A stretch of DNA of 64,000 nucleotides, taken from NCBI GenBank assembly GCA_964242875.1, contig CAXTCB010000002.1:5027-69026 (forward strand), read 5' to 3'. The notes under the pieces were generated by a model. The model searched no databases and was not told where the DNA came from. It saw only the letters and a list, made by a program, of their open reading frames with translations. Within the stretch, counting starts at the first letter, position 1, and the number at the start of each line of letters is the position of its first letter. The position numbers were made by a program, and so were the translations under genes. Below are positions 11,248-20,275 of the stretch, piece by piece. The stretch comes from an uncultured Acidobacteriaceae bacterium. Its GTDB lineage: Bacteria; Acidobacteriota; Terriglobia; Terriglobales; Acidobacteriaceae.

Positions 11248-12264
11248 TTAGCGGATCTCGAGAACAGCTGCATCGAAGCGACGCCGGGTGATGAATCCAG
11301 CTGCTTCATATAACGCAAGCGCGGTTGCGTTCTCTTCACTGACCGTCAGCGTGATCGCAGCATACCCGGCGCGGGCGAGATAGGCGGACGCGTGATCGAG
11401 CAGATACCCTCCCAGATGGCTGCCCCGAAGTGCCGGCGCAATGCAGAGTTGCGTGATGTGAGCCACACCGTCTGCCACACGCGAACAGAGCAGCACACCC
11501 ACCGACGCGCCGGAGCGCCTCTCCTCAAGTACCCAGGAGTGCGTCGCTTCGAAGACGCCACAGCCGGGGAAACGGACGATGTTATGCAGAAACCGCAGGG
11601 AACCAAGCAGGGTTCGATATTGATCATTGATGCGTGCGTCGACATGGTCCGCATATGCGAGATGAATCAACTCCGCAGCCGCCTGGAAGTCAGAAGCAGC
11701 CCATCGTCGCAGCACCAGTTCCTGGGAAGCAACCAGCTTCGGAATCTGTGCAGGACGAGACTGCCGCTGTTTCGCCCCAAGGGAAGGCTTCGCCTTCAGG
11801 TCACACTCCATGAAAAGTCGAGGGAAGACGGTAAACCCCTCCGCAGAAAAGAAGGCATCGAGGCTCCCTGACGGAAACAAAAGGAGCTGTGCCTCGATAC
11901 GGTCTACACCAGGAGAAGCACGAAGCAGACTCACCAGGTGCGTTAGCAGAAGAATCAGGGTTGCATCTCGACCCTCATCTCCGGAGGGAAGCAGAAAGGC
12001 AGAGCGGCAAAAGGCATCACCCACAACCGCTTTATGCCCCTCATGCACACAGAAGGTAAAGCCCGTGACCTCCCCTCGTTCCACCGTGACGAATCCAGGC
12101 AGGATCCGCCCATTCAGATACTCCAGGAGCAACTCGGTGGAGCTGCGGTAGTCCCACCGAAGCGTGCGCTCCCAGAGCGTTGCCTCTGCTTCCAGCAGCG
12201 GTCGCATCTGTCGAGCGGAGACGTGGCGAAGATCCAGAATCTCAGTGCTAGAGGAGCCCAGCAT
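11248..12264 (-). CDS. Tandem-GNAT N-acetyltransferase
   Basis: C-terminal GNAT motifs (LCIAPALRGSHLGGYLL; LTVSEENATALALYEAAGF). Start uncertain. Confidence 0.8.
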   Translation of the reverse strand: MLGSSSTEILDLRHVSARQMRPLLEAEATLWERTLRWDYRSSTELLLEYLNGRILPGFVTVERGEVTGFTFCVHEGHKAVVGDAFCRSAFLLPSGDEGRDATLILLLTHLVSLLRASPGVDRIEAQLLLFPSGSLDAFFSAEGFTVFPRLFMECDLKAKPSLGAKQRQSRPAQIPKLVASQELVLRRWAASDFQAAAELIHLAYADHVDARINDQYRTLLGSLRFLHNIVRFPGCGVFEATHSWVLEERRSGASVGVLLCSRVADGVAHITQLCIAPALRGSHLGGYLLDHASAYLARAGYAAITLTVSEENATALALYEAAGFITRRRFDAAVLEIR

Positions 12265-12304
12265 TGCTAAAACATCCTTGTCTCGGCCTGAAGTAGGTAC
12301 GCGT

Positions 12305-14119
12305 CTATCGTCGTGCTTCCACGCGGTACACGGCAAGTCCCTGCGATTCAAATAGGAAAACAGGTTGGTAGATTCGGTTGCGCAACCAATGACTGATTTC
12401 ACCGGTCTCGTTCGCTCGCACAACCAGAATGTGCTCTGCATCGGGTACCCCATCGCTGCTGTAGTGCAGCACGGGTTGATCACGGTAAAACGTCAGCCCA
12501 TAGTCCATATCCCGGCGAACGCCGAGCGAGGCGATAACCTTTACTCCGGGTGCCTTCTCATTAATGCCCCGCGCCAGTGGCCGTGCAGAATAGTTCAGAT
12601 CGAGATCCCGGCCGTGAAATCCAAGCAGAAAGATCAGGATGCCCAGCACGGGAACGAGAGTGGCCGTCAAGACCTGCGGTATTCCACCGCGCCGCACCAA
12701 TAAGACGATCAAAAGGGCGATGGCGAATCCGGAAAGTCCGGCTGCAACCAGCCAACCTGTCGGCGGAACCAAGGTTTCATACTTCATGTGTTGGGGCGCC
12801 AACACAAGCACAAAGACCAGAATGGCACAGAGAAAGGCGTGCAGGCCAAGCAGCCAGCCCGGCAGGCCCTGTCGGCGCACGCGATTCAGGTAATCTCCCG
12901 TCAAAATCGTCAGCGGAGGAATGGAAGGAAGGATGTACCCGGGAAGCTTCGATCCGGAAAAGGAGAAGAAAAGGATCGGGAAGAGCGCCCACAGCACCAA
13001 AAACTCGGGAAAGGCATCTCCAGCCCGCATGTGAGCAAGGTATCGCTGCGGGTTGCGACGCGCCTTCCACTCGGCAACAGACATGCCTGCCGCATCGACA
13101 AGCGCACGGAAGGCCAGCACAGACCAGGGCATGAGGCCGAGAAGAAGAATCGCGCCATAGAACCAGAACGGTTGATGGTGCTGGTAGCGATTCGTCGCAA
13201 ACCGCTCAAGATTATGCTCGAGAAAAAAAGACCGGAGGAAGGTTGGATTGCGTCGCTGCACAGCGATGTACCACGGCAGCACCATCACGAGATACAACAC
13301 CACTCCTGGTATCCAGATCGTTCGCCGGAGCAGACTCCACTCACGCCGGAGCGCCATGAAGAAAAAGATGATGATCAGCGCAAGAAAGGGCGCCACGGGC
13401 CCTTTGGCCAGTGTCGCTGCCGCCCCAAAGAAGTACAGATCAAAGAGCCAGAACTTCTTGCCCGTCTCATACCAGGCATACCAGCCCAGCATGCCAATAC
13501 TGAAGGGCGCAGCCAGCTGCATATCGGTCGAGGCGCCACGGGCGAAGGCAACAATGCCCAGGCAGGAGGCTGTAATCAGCGCGGCATCCAGCTGGCCGCC
13601 TGGCCGGAACCGACGCATATGCAGGTAAATAAGGACGATCAGCGCAAGGGCGCCTGAGGAGGAAGGAAGCCGCGCCGACCAGTCCGTGACCCCAAACTCC
13701 CGGAAGAACCCCATGGCACGCCAGTAGTACAGTGCCGGCTTCTCCAGCCAGGGGCGGCCATTCAAAATGGGGGTGACAGTTCCGCCGGTCAGGCAGGCGT
13801 ATGAGTCTGTTAGATCTTTTGCTCGCAGGCCGCGGGGCACAATGGTGGCGCGGTGCTGATCGCAGATGCCGTTGTGCTCGGCCAGCATCTCCCGCGCGAT
13901 CTGAGCGTACCGTGGTTCATCCGCACCGACCAGGCCAAGCTGATCGCCGCCGAAGAGCGGAATCAGACCGTAAAAGAGAACAAAGGCGGTCACCGAGAGC
14001 AGAAGCGCCAGTTCGCGAACCACCGAGGCTGTCGGTGTCTCCCAGCCTAAACGACGGCAAACCTTTGTAAGACGGCGCATCCGGGCGCTCTCAGGAGCGG
14101 GTTGTGACGTCTCTGCCAT
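12305..14119 (-). CDS. ArnT/PMT-family (GT-C) membrane glycosyltransferase
   Basis: DEPRYAQIAREM, EKPALYYW, LAKGPVA and SKLPGYILP motifs; many TM segments. Confidence 0.9.
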   Translation of the reverse strand: MAETSQPAPESARMRRLTKVCRRLGWETPTASVVRELALLLSVTAFVLFYGLIPLFGGDQLGLVGADEPRYAQIAREMLAEHNGICDQHRATIVPRGLRAKDLTDSYACLTGGTVTPILNGRPWLEKPALYYWRAMGFFREFGVTDWSARLPSSSGALALIVLIYLHMRRFRPGGQLDAALITASCLGIVAFARGASTDMQLAAPFSIGMLGWYAWYETGKKFWLFDLYFFGAAATLAKGPVAPFLALIIIFFFMALRREWSLLRRTIWIPGVVLYLVMVLPWYIAVQRRNPTFLRSFFLEHNLERFATNRYQHHQPFWFYGAILLLGLMPWSVLAFRALVDAAGMSVAEWKARRNPQRYLAHMRAGDAFPEFLVLWALFPILFFSFSGSKLPGYILPSIPPLTILTGDYLNRVRRQGLPGWLLGLHAFLCAILVFVLVLAPQHMKYETLVPPTGWLVAAGLSGFAIALLIVLLVRRGGIPQVLTATLVPVLGILIFLLGFHGRDLDLNYSARPLARGINEKAPGVKVIASLGVRRDMDYGLTFYRDQPVLHYSSDGVPDAEHILVVRANETGEISHWLRNRIYQPVFLFESQGLAVYRVEARR

Positions 14120-14130
14120 TCAGGGTCGCG

Positions 14131-15114
14131 TCAGGTAAGGCTAACAGAGTCACGAGCGACTCTGTCTCGCACGCGGTCGATCACACTCTCGAGTGAGCCC
14201 CGCATCAGACATCCGCTCGCGGCGCGATGACCACCGCCACCAAAGCTCTCCGCGACGCGTGCCACGTCCAGTTGGCTTTTGCTGCGTAAGCTCAGCCGAT
14301 ACTCTCCAGGGGTAGGAAGCTCGACGGCAAAGAAGGCAGCCTCAACGCCTGCGATACCTACGAGATAGTTCACAACGCCATCACAATCTTCAGCCATCGC
14401 CTGCAGCCGCTCCAGATCCCCCAGCGTGGCCCAGCTCCAGGCGATGGGGCCCTCCCGCTGCATATTCACCAGCGCAGCGCCGAGAAGGCGAACCTTGCAT
14501 TCCGGACTGGAAAAACAAAGATCGTTTGCAATGCGGGCCGGGTCTGCGCCCAATCGTGCCAGCTCTGCCGCTGTGGAGAGGGTTGCGGGCGTCGTCGATC
14601 GCGATGTAAACCCACCTGTGTCGGCCAGAATAGCCGCGTAAATGCAGGTTGCGGTCTCGGCTGTAACGGCGCCTCCCATGGCTACCATGAGCTCGTACAC
14701 CATCGCACCCACCGCACACGCTTCTGGATCGATCCAGTTTAGATCCCCATAGTTCCTGCCGCTGGCATGATGATCGATGTTGATCAGGTACCGGCCTTCC
14801 AGACCTCGCAAGCCGGTGCGTTCGACACTGTCGCACTCAAGCACAACAACAGGTCGCAAACCGTCTGAATCGCCGAAACTCGGAGAGCTTGCATGGCGGA
14901 TACGCTCCGATCCAGGGAGAGTTCTGTAGACCGCCGGGACTGGATCCGCGAGGACAATCTCTGTGCGGCAGCCACGTGCTTCAAGCAGATCTGACAGACC
15001 CAGCAACGATCCGACGGCATCCCCATCCGGTCTCGCGTGGGAGGTCAGCACAAAGGATCTTCCGGGCGCAAACTCTGACAGAATTCGCTCGATGCTATTC
15101 GTACGAACCATCAT
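14131..15114 (-). CDS. nrnA: DHH/DHHA1 phosphoesterase (bifunctional oligoribonuclease/PAP phosphatase)
   Basis: HARPDGDAVGS, IDHH, DTGGF and GGGGHRAASG motifs; follows rbfA. Confidence 0.92.
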   Translation of the reverse strand: MMVRTNSIERILSEFAPGRSFVLTSHARPDGDAVGSLLGLSDLLEARGCRTEIVLADPVPAVYRTLPGSERIRHASSPSFGDSDGLRPVVVLECDSVERTGLRGLEGRYLINIDHHASGRNYGDLNWIDPEACAVGAMVYELMVAMGGAVTAETATCIYAAILADTGGFTSRSTTPATLSTAAELARLGADPARIANDLCFSSPECKVRLLGAALVNMQREGPIAWSWATLGDLERLQAMAEDCDGVVNYLVGIAGVEAAFFAVELPTPGEYRLSLRSKSQLDVARVAESFGGGGHRAASGCLMRGSLESVIDRVRDRVARDSVSLT

Positions 15115-15521
15115 GGGAGTGGTTTTTCGACCTCAGCACTCAACGTTTGTGCAAAGCGTCTCTCACGACGACGCATGCGTCCCAGAAGCTCATCCATTCG
15201 CCCGGTCATCTTCTCAGATCGATCAATGGCGAAGGTAAGCTCTGGCACATGACGAACCCCCATTCGATCCCGCAGCTGTGAGCGGATGAAAGCACGAGCT
15301 GTCATCAATCCGGTGAGGGTTTCTTCTTCTTCCTGGTCCCCGCCATGCACCGCGACAAACACCCGGGCTGACTTGCCACCGGGGGCAAGAACAACATCAG
15401 TGACATAGCTGGGAGCGATCCTTGGATCGGATAGCTCTCCTTCGAGCATCGCGCCGATCTCTTCGGAGAAGGTGTTCGCCACGCGATTGCGGTGGTGCGT
15501 TCTTGCACGGTGCTCAGGCAT
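15111..15521 (-). CDS. rbfA: 30S ribosome-binding factor A
   Basis: ELSDPRI...ARVFV...RHVPELTFAID pattern. Confidence 0.92.
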   Translation of the reverse strand: MPEHRARTHHRNRVANTFSEEIGAMLEGELSDPRIAPSYVTDVVLAPGGKSARVFVAVHGGDQEEEETLTGLMTARAFIRSQLRDRMGVRHVPELTFAIDRSEKMTGRMDELLGRMRRRERRFAQTLSAEVEKPLP

Positions 15522-15551
15522 TGGTAGGTCGTCCGGTAGAAGCCAAGATTA

Positions 15552-15926
15552 TCAGAGTTTGTCGGGGAACCTAAGCGCACGGTCGTCACTGTCGTAGAGG
15601 TCACCTGAGAGTCGAAGGTCATCCCCGAGACCTTCGGGCAAAACCTCAGCGTACGCGTCCGTAATCAAGGCACCGAGGCGCGTCGCATGGCGGGTAGCTG
15701 CTCGCTCGATGATCGCGACCTGGCCCAATAAATAACGCAGGGAAGAGGAAACAGCTGCGATCTCCAGCGTCGCCTGATTCCAAACCAAAGCCCCATCCAT
15801 CTCTGCAACGGAGATATTGAAGCTATGTCGCAGGCTGTCCTTGAGCGACCGCACGACTTGCCGCCTGTCCTTTAGAGACTGAGCGTGCGGTATTTCCAGC
15901 TCGAGCGTCAGCTTAGCGACTGGCAT
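15552..15926 (-). CDS. DUF503 (YlxP-like) protein
   Basis: AQSLKDRRQVVRSLKD...FNISVAE motif; adjacent to rbfA. Confidence 0.9.
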   Translation of the reverse strand: MPVAKLTLELEIPHAQSLKDRRQVVRSLKDSLRHSFNISVAEMDGALVWNQATLEIAAVSSSLRYLLGQVAIIERAATRHATRLGALITDAYAEVLPEGLGDDLRLSGDLYDSDDRALRFPDKL

Positions 15927-15940
15927 AGCTTTCGTGTAAA

Positions 15941-16017
<77 letters not shown>

Positions 16018-16609
16018 AACCTTGTGAAACCGGGATCCGCCGGAGTAGCTATCGAGGCCATAAATCAGGGGCTCCCGACACGTTCTCGACTGAGTTAGTT
16101 TAGCAAAGAAAGCAGCCTTTTGCCGCCGCCCAGCAGCGTACACCGGGCTACCTCCGTCGGCAGATACGCGGATCTGTGTTTGTTCCTGCTGCTGCATTTG
16201 GAAGGGCTTCTTCCATCAAAGCTGCGAAAAGTCAGGAAAGGCCAAGAATTGCGGGGAAAATGAGGATGGCGCCCGCGGTGAGGACGGCAAGAGTCAGTTG
16301 CAGATTGGAAGTGCGGGGAAGAGAGAACGGCATGGCAGGCTCCTGAGGAAGGCAAGTGGTTCAACATCTGCGGGGTTTCCTGCAGATGCCTGGTGTAGTG
16401 CAGGAGACGGGCCAAACGGACGGATGCGGGAGGATTTCCTGCGAGCATGAATCTGCTGCGGATTCTGCAGCGGATTGCACTGCGGAAAAGGGGATTGTGG
16501 GAAGTGCTTGCAACATAAGGAGAAAGAAGTCTCTTAGTGGTCGGCGGAAGTGGCAGATGTTTTCACACCGCTCGCGTCTGCATCCATTTCTATACAGGGG
16601 AGCACGGTG

Positions 16610-17743
16610 ATGGTGGACTGGCGGCAGATCTTAAAACGGACCGATCTGGGTGCGTCTGGCGTACTGATCACGCTGGTCAGCGTCCAAGGCTCCAGCTATC
16701 GGAGGGTCGGGGCGCGGCTGCTTTTGGGGGACGACGGCGAGACGGTGGGGTCGATCAGCGGCGGATGCCTTGAGGGAGAGCTGGTTCACAGGGCTAAGTG
16801 GCTGATTCGGCAGGGTCCGAAGGTGCGACACTACTCAACTTCCTTTGAAGACACGGAGGAGATTCCGTATGGACTGGGGTGCGGCGGGGAGCTGGATCTG
16901 CTGCTCGAAAGTGTCGATTCGGTTGAGGTGCAGCGGCTTTTCGCCGAGGTTAAGCAGGTTTTCGCGGGGGTTGCGCGACGGGTGGTGACCTGGCTGCCCG
17001 AGGAAGGCCGACCGCTCCGGCGAGCGATCTTTGCGATGGAGGGCGACCGGGTCGGGGACGCGGTTTTCGCGAGTGAGGGGCTTACGGAGGAGGAGCTGCG
17101 GTGGGCGGCGATGGAGGTTGATGGCGAGACATCGCAAGATGCGCCACGGACGGCGAGACTTTTTGCGGAGACGCTGCAGCCTCCGCAACGCCTTGTAGTT
17201 TTTGGCGCCGGTGAGGATGCCCGGCCCCTTGTCGACCTGGGGGCCCTGCTGGGATGGACCGTGGTGGTTGCGGATGGGCGGCGGCAGATGGCGCGACGAG
17301 AGCGCTTCCCAAGCGCCGATCAGGTGGTGCTGCTCGAGAACGGCGAGGGTGTGGCGTTGCGCGCGGACGACGCGGTGGTGTTGATGACGCACAGCTACGA
17401 GCAGGACCGGGCGATGCTCGAGAGAGCGCTGCCGGTCGCACCGAGGTATCTCGGGCTGCTGGGGGCGCGACACCGGTCCAGTCTGCTGGTGAGTGAAGTG
17501 GCGGTCCGGCTGGGATGGACGGTGCGGCAATGTTGTGAGCGGCTGTATGCGCCGGTCGGGCTCGACCTGGGAGGCGATGGCGCGGAGGCGATTGCGCTGG
17601 CGGTTGTCGCAGAGATCCAGGCGTGCGTGCAGGGCAAGATCGGCTTGAGCCGGCGGCTGCGGCCTGAAGATGTGGCCGAGCAGATTACGCACGGCGGCAG
17701 CTCGAAGTATCTGCGGGCGCAATGTGCGCTCGACGCGGTATGA
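16610..17743 (+). CDS. xdhC: XdhC/CoxI family molybdo-hydroxylase accessory protein
   Basis: GSSYRRVGAR, GSISGGCLE, GLGCGG, MTHSYEQD, APVGLDLGG motifs. Confidence 0.9.
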   Translation: MVDWRQILKRTDLGASGVLITLVSVQGSSYRRVGARLLLGDDGETVGSISGGCLEGELVHRAKWLIRQGPKVRHYSTSFEDTEEIPYGLGCGGELDLLLESVDSVEVQRLFAEVKQVFAGVARRVVTWLPEEGRPLRRAIFAMEGDRVGDAVFASEGLTEEELRWAAMEVDGETSQDAPRTARLFAETLQPPQRLVVFGAGEDARPLVDLGALLGWTVVVADGRRQMARRERFPSADQVVLLENGEGVALRADDAVVLMTHSYEQDRAMLERALPVAPRYLGLLGARHRSSLLVSEVAVRLGWTVRQCCERLYAPVGLDLGGDGAEAIALAVVAEIQACVQGKIGLSRRLRPEDVAEQITHGGSSKYLRAQCALDAV

Positions 17744-18303
17744 CGGCGGCGCTGGTGCTGGCGGCCGGCGCATCGACGCGGCTGGGGGAGCCGAAACAGC
17801 TGATCCGGCTGGGTGGAGAGACGCTGCTGGAACGAACGATACGGGTGGCCGGGGAAGCGGGACTCACTCCGGTTGTCGTGGTGCTGGGAGCAGCGGCGAA
17901 GCGAGTGGCGGAGACGTGTGATCTGCGCCCGGTGTGGGTCGTAGTCCACGCGGGATGGGCAGAGGGCATGGGATCGTCGATCCGCGCGGGGATGGAGCTG
18001 GTGCAGGAGTTCGCTGAGGTTGGCGGGGCGGTGGTGATGACGTGTGACATGCCGGGGGTTGCGCCGGCTCATCTGCGAGCCTTACGGGAGGAGGCGGAGA
18101 CGGTTGTCGCGTCGACCTACGACGGGCGCCGAGGGGTGCCGGCGTATTTTCCGCGAGCCACCTTTCCGGAGCTGCTGCAGCTGCGAGGCGATGCGGGGGC
18201 GCGGGAGCTGCTGCGACAGGCACGGGTGCTGGAGCTGACAGGCGGTGAGATGGATGTGGATACGGCGGCGGATGTGGAGCAGATGAGGGCGAAGTTTCCG
18301 TAG
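17740..18303 (+). CDS. mocA: Molybdenum cofactor cytidylyltransferase-like nucleotidyltransferase
   Basis: LAAGASTRLGEPKQL, GMGSSI, CDMP, GDAGAR, DVDT; ATGA overlap with xdhC. Confidence 0.88.
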   Translation: MTAALVLAAGASTRLGEPKQLIRLGGETLLERTIRVAGEAGLTPVVVVLGAAAKRVAETCDLRPVWVVVHAGWAEGMGSSIRAGMELVQEFAEVGGAVVMTCDMPGVAPAHLRALREEAETVVASTYDGRRGVPAYFPRATFPELLQLRGDAGARELLRQARVLELTGGEMDVDTAADVEQMRAKFP

Positions 18304-18439
18304 CGCCGGCGCCCATGCGAGCTGCTGCTGCCGTGTTGAGAGCCAGTGACAGAGGGAAGGACGAGACCCGTCCGCGACGCGATTGGGCGCCCGAGACGGA
18401 TCTCGCTGGCAGAAGCCGCTGGCCTTTGCGGCGGCAGAT

Positions 18440-19780
18440 CTAGGGCTCGAGGGAGTAGTTCACGGTGATCGTGGTCTCAACTTCGGTGGACTCGCCGTTC
18501 AGGCGATAAGGCTTGTAGACCCATTGGTGCACGGCATCGAGCGTGGAGGCGCGCAGCTCGTCGGGACCGGAGACGACCTGAAGCTTTTCGATGGTTCCGT
18601 CTTTCCCGATGGTGGCGCGCAGGATCACGGTGCCCTGGATCTTTGCGGACTTCGCGGCTTCCGGGTAGATCGGATTGACGCGGGTGAGGATCTGGCCGGC
18701 CATGACACCGCCGGAGATCTTCGGGACGGCGTTGGAGTGAGGGGACGCAGGCGGCGGGTTCTTGTCCGTTGCGGCGATGTTCATCCGCAAAGCCAGGGCC
18801 GACCCGCATGTGCCAAAGGCGAGTGCACTGCAAAGAGTGACGCGAAGGACGCGCTGACCGAAGGAAAGCTGATTGTGAAACGTTTGCAGGTTCATAAGTC
18901 TCCTTTCAAGGGTGTGGGCATCGAAGATGCCGATGGCGTGAGGGGTAGCGGATGGGCGTCCGCGAAGGAGCGAGGCTGCCAGACGAAGGAGTGAGAGCGC
19001 GTAGACTTCCGGACCGGCGAGCCGGGCCGCTCTCTCATCGCAGACCATCTCCCGGCTTTCGGTAAGGTGCATGCGAGAGAGCCAGAGAAGAGGGTGAAAC
19101 GCCACGGGAAGCGCGAGCAGCTCATAGATGAGGTTCTTCAGGAAGTCGTGGCGTTCAATATGCGCGAGCTCGTGAGCGAGGACGGTCTCGAGATCGTCTT
19201 CCGATAGCGTCTGCGCCAGAGTGAGTGGGAGAAGGATGAGCGGGCGGCGAAGGCCGAGGGTGATGGGCCCAAAGATGGCCGAGGATGTGCGGAGCTGCAC
19301 CCCTTTGCGATGGAACTGCTGCGAGCAGCGGGACCAGCAGCGAGCGGTGCTCGCGGTGAACGGGAAGGGTTTCGCCTCGTGGCGCAGACGAAGGAGCGAG
19401 CAGGCTCGCCAGGCGAAGCGGAGGACGAGATACGCGAGAACGACCGTGTAGAGGAGGGTGATGACGGTGAGCAACGTGGCGGAGAGATGCACGACGTGGA
19501 GAGCGGTGCCGGGAGCTACGGTGATCGTGATGCGCGAGCCGCCAGAGCGCGCGGAGGTGTTGTGCCAGAGATGCAGATACCGCAGCCATGGGAACGGAGA
19601 GGAAGAGAGGGCGGGGAGCAGGCTTTCAAGCAGAAGGGCGATGACCCAGACGCGATGCTGGACGGCATTGCCGAGGGGCGCGAGGAGGCGCGTGACGACC
19701 CAGGCGGCGCCGAACAGGAGCGGCAGCTGCCAGAGAGAGTTGAGGAGATAGGCGAGGAGCCACGATGGCAGGATGGTCAT
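18440..19780 (-). CDS. BlaR1-like M56 metallopeptidase fused to a TonB C-terminal domain
   Basis: HELAHIERHD, REMVCDE and LERRL motifs; C-terminal PIYPEAAKSAKIQGTV...WVYKPY TonB_C. Confidence 0.92.
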   Translation of the reverse strand: MTILPSWLLAYLLNSLWQLPLLFGAAWVVTRLLAPLGNAVQHRVWVIALLLESLLPALSSSPFPWLRYLHLWHNTSARSGGSRITITVAPGTALHVVHLSATLLTVITLLYTVVLAYLVLRFAWRACSLLRLRHEAKPFPFTASTARCWSRCSQQFHRKGVQLRTSSAIFGPITLGLRRPLILLPLTLAQTLSEDDLETVLAHELAHIERHDFLKNLIYELLALPVAFHPLLWLSRMHLTESREMVCDERAARLAGPEVYALSLLRLAASLLRGRPSATPHAIGIFDAHTLERRLMNLQTFHNQLSFGQRVLRVTLCSALAFGTCGSALALRMNIAATDKNPPPASPHSNAVPKISGGVMAGQILTRVNPIYPEAAKSAKIQGTVILRATIGKDGTIEKLQVVSGPDELRASTLDAVHQWVYKPYRLNGESTEVETTITVNYSLEP

Positions 19781-20160
19781 GACTCTTCCTCCTGCTTGCC
19801 GAAGCGGCGGGTGAGCTCGGTCAGGGTGGCGGCGTCGATCTGCCGGCTCTTGAGCAGGCTGAGCACGAGTTCTTCACTGGAGCCGCCGAACATGCGATCG
19901 ATGAGGTCACGCAGGCCCTGGCCGAGGGCGCGGGCCTCCGTGACGGCGGCGCTGTAGATGTAGGCGCGGCCCTGAAGCTCGCGGCGCAGCTTTCCCTTGC
20001 GCTCGAGGATGTTGAGCATGGTCTGGACGGTGGTGTAGGCGAGTGGCGGGTCGAGGTGTTCCTGCACGGCGCTGACGGTGCTTTTTCCGTGTTGCCAGAT
20101 GACCTGCATGATTCTGAGCTCGAGCCTGGTGAAGCCGGGCTTTTCCGGTGATTTCGGCAT
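19777..20160 (-). CDS. BlaI/MecI/CopY family repressor
   Basis: LELRIMQVIW, LAYTTVQTMLNILERKG, FGGS. Confidence 0.95.
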   Translation of the reverse strand: MPKSPEKPGFTRLELRIMQVIWQHGKSTVSAVQEHLDPPLAYTTVQTMLNILERKGKLRRELQGRAYIYSAAVTEARALGQGLRDLIDRMFGGSSEELVLSLLKSRQIDAATLTELTRRFGKQEEES

Positions 20161-20169
20161 GCCGACCTC

Positions 20170-20226
20170 CTAAGGTGATAGGACTTTAGGCGCAGCGGCG
20201 ACCGTTTGTCAACTAAGTTTTTAGGA
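20170..20226 (-). promoter_or_regulatory. blaI promoter flanked by two operator-like repeats
   Basis: TTGACA (20212-20207)-N18-TAAAGT; TCCTA-N4-CTTAG at 20226-20213 and 20183-20170. Confidence 0.65.
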
Positions 20227-20275
20227 GTGCTTGGCGCAGAGGAGGCGTTTGCGCGAAGAGATGGGTTCGCGGGGT

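Noticed and set aside
16018-16609. Moco riboswitch upstream of xdhC, or real CDSs among the short ORFs here
   Set aside because: No recognisable riboswitch consensus; the ORFs lack codon bias and motifs.
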